Source: Ferruginibacter sp. (GTDB lineage Bacteria > Bacteroidota > Bacteroidia > Chitinophagales > Chitinophagaceae). Taken from it: a stretch of 53,206 nt of DNA. Position 1 is the stretch's first letter, and every line of letters begins with the position of its first letter. Positions 47,704 through 53,206 of the stretch are shown here, one piece after another. The translations under genes and the position numbers were made by a program. The DNA lies in NCBI GenBank assembly GCA_036169975.1, contig JAVHOI010000121.1:1-53206 (forward strand). Reading direction: 5' to 3'. The notes under the pieces are model-generated. The model did no database searches, was not told the DNA's origin, and saw only the letters and a list, made by a program, of their open reading frames with translations.

Positions 47704-50700
47704 TTAAAAATTTACATTTAAGCTAAAGGTGTAAATAGGAGTTAAAGGGTAACGGCCATTATCCAGACCAATGGCCTGGTTGCCAGTATTTGCATTCTGA
47801 CCTACATACGATCCAACCTCAGGATCAAATCCTTTGTAACCTGTAATGGTAGCAGCATTCTGTGCGCCGATGGTGGCTCTTACTCCCCTCACTAATTTTT
47901 GCCTTGCCATTAGTGAGGCAGGAAGGTTATAAGACAGAGAGATGTTTTTAAGCCTTAAAAAGGATCCTTTTTCTACCCATTTACTGCTGGTGGTTCCATA
48001 ATTATTATCATTGGCTATTTGCGAATTGGATAAGCGGGGAACATCAGTACCCGCATTTATAATCATTGGCATCCCGTTTTTATCAAGTCCTAATTTGGCA
48101 TAGTCCATGGCGGTAACCAATAAATTGCGACTGGTATAAATAGTAGAAGATTTATTGTTGATTTTAGCGATATGGTTATAAATATCATTACCAAAAGTAC
48201 CGGTAATCAATATGCTTAAATCAAAACCTTTGTAGGAAAAATTGTTGGTGAACCCGCCAAAAAGTTTTGGCCAGGGGTTACCAATATTTGTTTCATCGTA
48301 AAAGTTAATAATGCCATCAGGTACACCGTTCGGGCCACTGATATCTTTATATTTTACATCACCAATCCATACTCCTGCTGCTTCGTCCGTTGGTAGCCGA
48401 TTACCGTTATTATCAACACGTACGGCGCTTTTATTAATTTCATCCACGGATTGAAACAATCCTTCCGCAATATAACCACGAAATAACCAGGGCGCCTGTC
48501 CTACAGCAGAACGTTGTGTCCAGTTATCTAACCACCAGGAAGTTCGTTCAACAAAGGCGGCATCAGAATAAAATTTCTTGATTTTAGTATCAAACCTTGA
48601 GAGATTTAAACTCGATTCCCATTTAAAATCTTTAGTTCGAACATTGGTAGTATTTATTGTAATGCCCCAGCCTTTGGTTTGTAAGGCTCCAATATTTACT
48701 ACGGGGTTTCCAACTGCACCTACACCACTTGTTCCCATATACCATGCTAAAGGATTATCCATTAGTAAATTGTTGCTGTTTTTAATATAGTAATCAGCAT
48801 CAATTGAAATTCTGTTTTTTAGAAACCCAATGTTCAGACCTATATTATTGGTTTTGGTTTCTTCCCATTTTAATGCCGGGTTACCATATCTGCCCGGCAG
48901 GAAACCAGTACCTAAATCTGAGGGATCCGAATTCAATGGGGAATAAATGCCTCCGCTTCCCTGGTTACCGGTAAGCCCGGTTTCAAACCGCAATTTTAGT
49001 TCGCTTATAGCTGGTACCTGAAAGAATTTTTCCTGCGAAACTCTCCATGCCGCTGATGCGGAAGGAAATGTGCCCCATCTGTTTTCTGATCCAAAATTGG
49101 ATGAACCATCTTTTCTGATAGTACCCGTAACTATATACCGATTGTCGTAATTATAGTTAATCCTGCCCAAATACGATTCCATTGCCCATGGACCCGAACC
49201 ACCACCATTAGTACCGCTAAGGGCGGCACCTGCATTGATATCAAAAATATTGTTGGTAAGATAACCGGATCTCCTTGCACTGATATTTTGCCATTTTGAT
49301 TCCTGAGATTCATGGCTTGCCATTGCACCGAAATTGTGTTTTCCAATTTGTTTGTTATACTCTAATAGCTGATTCCAGTTCCAATAAGTGCTCATACCAA
49401 CATTGTTACTTAACGTGGCGGAGGTATTGATAGCCCAACCTATAGCATAAGTAGGATTGAAGTACAAAGAATTGGAGTAATTAATATCGGTATTAAATGA
49501 GGTTCTTAAGGTAAGTCCCTTTGCCAGATTCAATCCAACATTTAATCCACCTAAAAATTGTCTTCTTCTGTTGGTATTTGTTCTTAAACTGGCTATCGCT
49601 ATTGGATTTACGGGTGCATATACGTTTGCGCCATTGATGATATCACCTCCACCCCAGGTGCCATTCAAATTTTTAACAGGCACCTGCGGCGTTAATTGTA
49701 AGGCATCTGATATTACACCTTCTGAGCTGGTGGTCAGTTTTTCATTGGTTTGATTAAAACTAAGGTTGGCGCCAATAGTGATCCATTCTCTTGGCTTATT
49801 ATCAAGGTTTATCCTAAAGCCATACCTGTCAAACCCTGAACCAAGTGCAACTCCATCCTGTTTTAAGTATTCGCCCGACATATAATAAGTGGTAGTATTG
49901 CTGCCGCCACTCAAACTAAGCTGGTGTTTTTGCATGGCGGCATTGCTAAATAATTCATTCTGCCAGTCCGTACCTTGTCCTAATAATGAAGGGTCTAAAA
50001 ATTCAATTGGCGTTGTTCCTCCAGCTAATGCATGGTATTCTTTCACCATTTGTGCATATTGAGGTAAATTCATAACACTCAAATGTTTTGGAGGCGTCTG
50101 GATATTATATTGGAAACCATAATTAAATTTTGTTTCTCCCGCTTTACCACGTTTTGTGGTAATTAAAAGAACTCCATTGGTGGCACGTGATCCATAAATA
50201 GCGGTAGCGGAAGGCCCCTGCAACACCTGTATATCTTCAATATCAGCAGGATTTAACCCGGCTAAAGGATTTGAAGAATTTGTAGTACCACCACCAAATA
50301 CCTGAACGCCATCAATAACATAAAGCGGTTCCGTATTTCCATTAATAGAACTGATACCACGAATGGCTACAGAAATGCCACCTCCCGGCTGCCCCGAGTT
50401 TTGGGTAACATAAACACCTGCCGCCCTTCCCTGGAACGCTTGCTCAATCGTGGTGTTCACCGTTTTTTCCATATCCTTGGCTGATACGGATGTTTGGGCA
50501 GTGGTAAGGTTAACCTTCCTGGCTTTACCATATCCAATTACTACCACATCGTCCAGTTTTGATTGCTCCTCGGTAATTGCAATATTCATGAAATTTGAAG
50601 TGCCTACTTTAATTTCCCTTTTCTGGTAACCTATATAAGAAACAACAAGCACATCACCTGTTTTAGCCTCTATATTAAAGGCGCCCTCATTATCGGCAAG

Positions 50701-50895
50701 TGTTCCAATATTGGTTCTTTTATTGATTATGGATGCTGAAGGCAGCGGTTTCCCTGTTTCAGAAGAAACCTTACCATTTATCTTTCGGTCCACCGCCTGC
50801 GCATAAACACCATTGCAGGCCAAAAGGCTGCCAAAGATTGCCCATAAAAACAGGGCTTTGAGGTTCATTTTTTGTTTATTTTTTTTCATATACAA
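47704..50895 (-). CDS. susC: SusC/RagA TonB-dependent transporter
   Basis: LDDVVVIGYG, PLYVIDG, NPADIEDIQVL, AIYGSRATNGVLLITTKRG, LKWEET, terminal VNF; start may be a few codons later. Confidence 0.95.
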   Translation of the reverse strand: MYMKKNKQKMNLKALFLWAIFGSLLACNGVYAQAVDRKINGKVSSETGKPLPSASIINKRTNIGTLADNEGAFNIEAKTGDVLVVSYIGYQKREIKVGTSNFMNIAITEEQSKLDDVVVIGYGKARKVNLTTAQTSVSAKDMEKTVNTTIEQAFQGRAAGVYVTQNSGQPGGGISVAIRGISSINGNTEPLYVIDGVQVFGGGTTNSSNPLAGLNPADIEDIQVLQGPSATAIYGSRATNGVLLITTKRGKAGETKFNYGFQYNIQTPPKHLSVMNLPQYAQMVKEYHALAGGTTPIEFLDPSLLGQGTDWQNELFSNAAMQKHQLSLSGGSNTTTYYMSGEYLKQDGVALGSGFDRYGFRINLDNKPREWITIGANLSFNQTNEKLTTSSEGVISDALQLTPQVPVKNLNGTWGGGDIINGANVYAPVNPIAIASLRTNTNRRRQFLGGLNVGLNLAKGLTLRTSFNTDINYSNSLYFNPTYAIGWAINTSATLSNNVGMSTYWNWNQLLEYNKQIGKHNFGAMASHESQESKWQNISARRSGYLTNNIFDINAGAALSGTNGGGSGPWAMESYLGRINYNYDNRYIVTGTIRKDGSSNFGSENRWGTFPSASAAWRVSQEKFFQVPAISELKLRFETGLTGNQGSGGIYSPLNSDPSDLGTGFLPGRYGNPALKWEETKTNNIGLNIGFLKNRISIDADYYIKNSNNLLMDNPLAWYMGTSGVGAVGNPVVNIGALQTKGWGITINTTNVRTKDFKWESSLNLSRFDTKIKKFYSDAAFVERTSWWLDNWTQRSAVGQAPWLFRGYIAEGLFQSVDEINKSAVRVDNNGNRLPTDEAAGVWIGDVKYKDISGPNGVPDGIINFYDETNIGNPWPKLFGGFTNNFSYKGFDLSILITGTFGNDIYNHIAKINNKSSTIYTSRNLLVTAMDYAKLGLDKNGMPMIINAGTDVPRLSNSQIANDNNYGTTSSKWVEKGSFLRLKNISLSYNLPASLMARQKLVRGVRATIGAQNAATITGYKGFDPEVGSYVGQNANTGNQAIGLDNGRYPLTPIYTFSLNVNF

Positions 50896-51202
50896 TCATC
50901 ATTATTGGTTTAGAATTAGAAATATGCAGTAAAAACTAATTATCTTATTTTTATTTTTTCTCTTATGCAGGTTCGGATTTGCTTTATTAAACGATCTGAA
51001 CAATTAGATTTTCGAGCTAATTAATTAATAAATTATTCTGAATTAAAATTGAAATAACCAAATGGTTTAAAGGCAGTAAAAAATGAATTATTATAATAAT
51101 GGTCATTTGGAAAAAAACAGCAATTCTTCGGCATAGTAACTATTTTTATATACCGCATTCCAAGAGCGGCACGGCTTCTAAAGCATCATTAATTTTGAAG
51201 TA

Positions 51203-51246
51203 CAAAGCTAATTTTAAGATGCATAAATTAATAATACTATTTTATC
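51203..51246 (-). promoter_or_regulatory. susC promoter: -7 TAGCTTTG plus candidate activator box GATAAAATAGTATTA
   Basis: -7 element at 51203-51210, box at 51232-51246, 21-nt spacer. Confidence 0.5.
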
Positions 51247-51509
51247 TGATAACAGTTGTTTTTTTATGGAAAATAAATGGGTACCTAAAAATTCTTTTAA
51301 AAACATTACTTATGGATAGTTGAATTTTTATATAATAAATTAAATTGTTACTCATTTATTTGATACTATTTTTTCCAATAAGCTATAATAAGTCAATTAT
51401 CTTTTTATTTAAGTGTTTAATGGATAAAAATCCAATTGATAATAAAATGATGGTGGGTGGGGCTTTTTGTTTTATGAATAATGTATATAACAGATTGGTA
51501 AAAACCGAA

Positions 51510-52388
51510 TTAAATAAATTTTCGGGTACCGGAAAAATTCTCCCTGAATTCTTTTGGTGTGCAGCCTTTTTTCTTTTTAAACAACCGGTTAAAGTTGGAA
51601 ATATTATTGAACCCGCAACTATACGAAACTTCCGCCACGGAGTTGGTAGTATCAATTAATATACGGGATGCGTGCCCTAGCCTTATCTCATTTAAACTAT
51701 CAATAAACGTGATGCCTGTACGCTTTTTTATGAACCGGCTAAACGATACTTCCGTCATATTTACCAGCCGGGCAATATCGCCCAATGCAATAACCTTGTC
51801 ATAATTTTTATTCATGTATTCAAATGCCTTTTCAATTCGCCTGCTGTTGAAATTAAGCTGTGAATCACTGTTGAAGCCGGTTTCGGATAAAGTACGCATG
51901 TTGCGTGAAGTAGAAAGGTCATGTAATATATTAATGAGCGCCATTACCGAATCGAACCCGCTTTCCTTATCAAGGGATAAAATGCGGGGATAAATATTTT
52001 GAATGGTTTCTTTGGAAAAAAGGATCCCCTTTGCGGAAAGATCAAACATCTTCCTGATAAAACTCAACTGGTTTCTCCGCAGGAATTTTTCATCCAGCAA
52101 ATCCTTATGCCATTGTATGGTGAATTCTTTTATATCGCCTGTTTTGCATTGATGGGTAAACCAGGCATGCGCCAAATTTGAACCAACCAGCACCAGTTCA
52201 AGTTCATCTATCTGTCCTATATGGTCCCCTACAATCCGTTTGGCTCCTTTGCCATTAATGATCAGGTTCAACTCAAACTCTTCATGATAATGCAACGGAA
52301 AATTAAATTCTTTCTTGACCCTCGAAAAAATGGTAAAGCAATCATTTTGGGTTAAAGGTGTTATCTCCCTTACAATATTTTTATTCAT
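51510..52388 (-). CDS. AraC-family regulator (cupin plus double HTH)
   Basis: PLHYHEEFEL cupin; SFSRFIKKRTG...EVSYSCGFNNISNFNRLFKK HTH; ATG at 52388 preferred. Confidence 0.92.
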   Translation of the reverse strand: MNKNIVREITPLTQNDCFTIFSRVKKEFNFPLHYHEEFELNLIINGKGAKRIVGDHIGQIDELELVLVGSNLAHAWFTHQCKTGDIKEFTIQWHKDLLDEKFLRRNQLSFIRKMFDLSAKGILFSKETIQNIYPRILSLDKESGFDSVMALINILHDLSTSRNMRTLSETGFNSDSQLNFNSRRIEKAFEYMNKNYDKVIALGDIARLVNMTEVSFSRFIKKRTGITFIDSLNEIRLGHASRILIDTTNSVAEVSYSCGFNNISNFNRLFKKKKGCTPKEFRENFSGTRKFI

Positions 52389-52569
52389 TTTAATAAGCAG
52401 CTTTAATCGTTTACATTGATAAAAAACAATGTGAAAGTACAAATTTTTTCACTAAAATAGTACCACATAATATTTTTGTATTTGAGAATAAATACCCGTG
52501 TTTTGTACTGCTACATCCACTTTAAGTGGAATGTATTAGCATTTTATCATTCGGAAAAATCAATGATAA

Positions 52570-52614
52570 GATAATAAAGTATTAGTATAAAGATAAGGTA
52601 TAGCGCTAATTTTG
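52570..52614 (+). promoter_or_regulatory. GH26 promoter: candidate activator box GATAATAAAGTATTA plus -7 TAATTTTG
   Basis: Box at 52570-52584, -7 element at 52607-52614, 22-nt spacer. Confidence 0.5.
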
Positions 52615-52657
52615 TAGCAATCAAAGTAGAAATTTAAAACCGATAAAAAATTGCCAT

Positions 52658-53206
52658 TTGAAAAAAATTGCCATTTGTTTTTATGTGCTTGCTGGTTTAA
52701 TTATTTATAATAATGCTATTGCGCAAACCGCGGATAAAAACGCTACCAAAGAGACTAAATACCTATTTCAAAATTTAAAAAAACTTTTAAACAAGGGTGT
52801 TATGTTTGGTCACCAGGACGACCTTGCTTATGGTGTGGGTTGGAAATATGAAAGTGGCAGAAGTGATGTAAAAGAAGTAACAGGTGAATACCCCGCGGTA
52901 TATGGCTGGGAACTTGGGCACCTCGAAACAGATTCCCCGGTAAACCTTGATAGTGTGCCATTTGACCGGATGAAAAAATATATTGCGGAAGCTTATGCAC
53001 GGGGTGGTGTAATAACAATTAGCTGGCACCTCAATAATCCATTAACAGGTAAGTCTGCATGGGATCCGGCTCCGGGTACAGTTGAATCCGTTTTGCCGGG
53101 TGGTAATAAAAATGAATTGTATAAGACCTGGCTCGATAAAGTGGCGGCTTTCCTGCATGATTTAAAAGGTAGTAAAGGTGAATACATACCTGTAATATTC
53201 CGCCCC
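52658..53206 (+). CDS. GH26 beta-mannanase, partial (runs off the window; absent from the ORF track)
   Basis: TTG start; translation MKKIAICFYVLAGLIIYNNAIAQTADKNATKET...MFGHQDDLAYGVGW...SDVKEVTGEYPAVYGWELG...GGVITISWH...IPVIFRP, open to the window end. Confidence 0.88.
   Translation, partial: MKKIAICFYVLAGLIIYNNAIAQTADKNATKETKYLFQNLKKLLNKGVMFGHQDDLAYGVGWKYESGRSDVKEVTGEYPAVYGWELGHLETDSPVNLDSVPFDRMKKYIAEAYARGGVITISWHLNNPLTGKSAWDPAPGTVESVLPGGNKNELYKTWLDKVAAFLHDLKGSKGEYIPVIFRP

Noticed and set aside
52787-53187. Minus-strand short ORFs at the window end
   Set aside because: They are shadows of the plus-strand GH26 gene

Overview
AT-rich Bacteroidota DNA, most like Chitinophagaceae, judged from TAnnTTTG promoters, a SusC/SusD pair and gene content. 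From left to right: (1) 0.5-8.3 kb, a phosphorelay (hybrid kinase, Hpt, stand-alone receiver) linked to a HEAT-repeat membrane protein and a 1142-aa fusion of a processive GT2 synthase with an LtaS-like phosphotransferase. This is the best candidate for an undescribed system. (2) 8.4-11.6 kb, a gamma-glutamyl amine catabolism trio with a long leader. (3) Housekeeping genes: GNAT, Nudix, corA, dapF, nucleoside phosphorylase, tRNA-Cys, panB, ppx, ppk1, panC, GT5-like protein, DUF4270, metK, rlmB and rluF, interrupted by a secreted M12 protease/large protein pair. (4) 34-43 kb, a patchy accessory stretch with an orphan flippase and acyltransferase, a SET protein, a receiver plus candidate sRNA, an aldo/keto reductase, GntR, an orphan UpxY, inverted repeats and a frameshifted GH2 pseudogene that the ORF track does not show as a gene. 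(5) 43-53 kb, a probable beta-mannan PUL (AraC, SusC, SusD, two surface lipoproteins, and a divergent GH26 running off the window end) with a shared candidate operator motif. No integrase, transposase, CRISPR array or rRNA was seen. All calls come from reading motifs by eye; no database searches were run.
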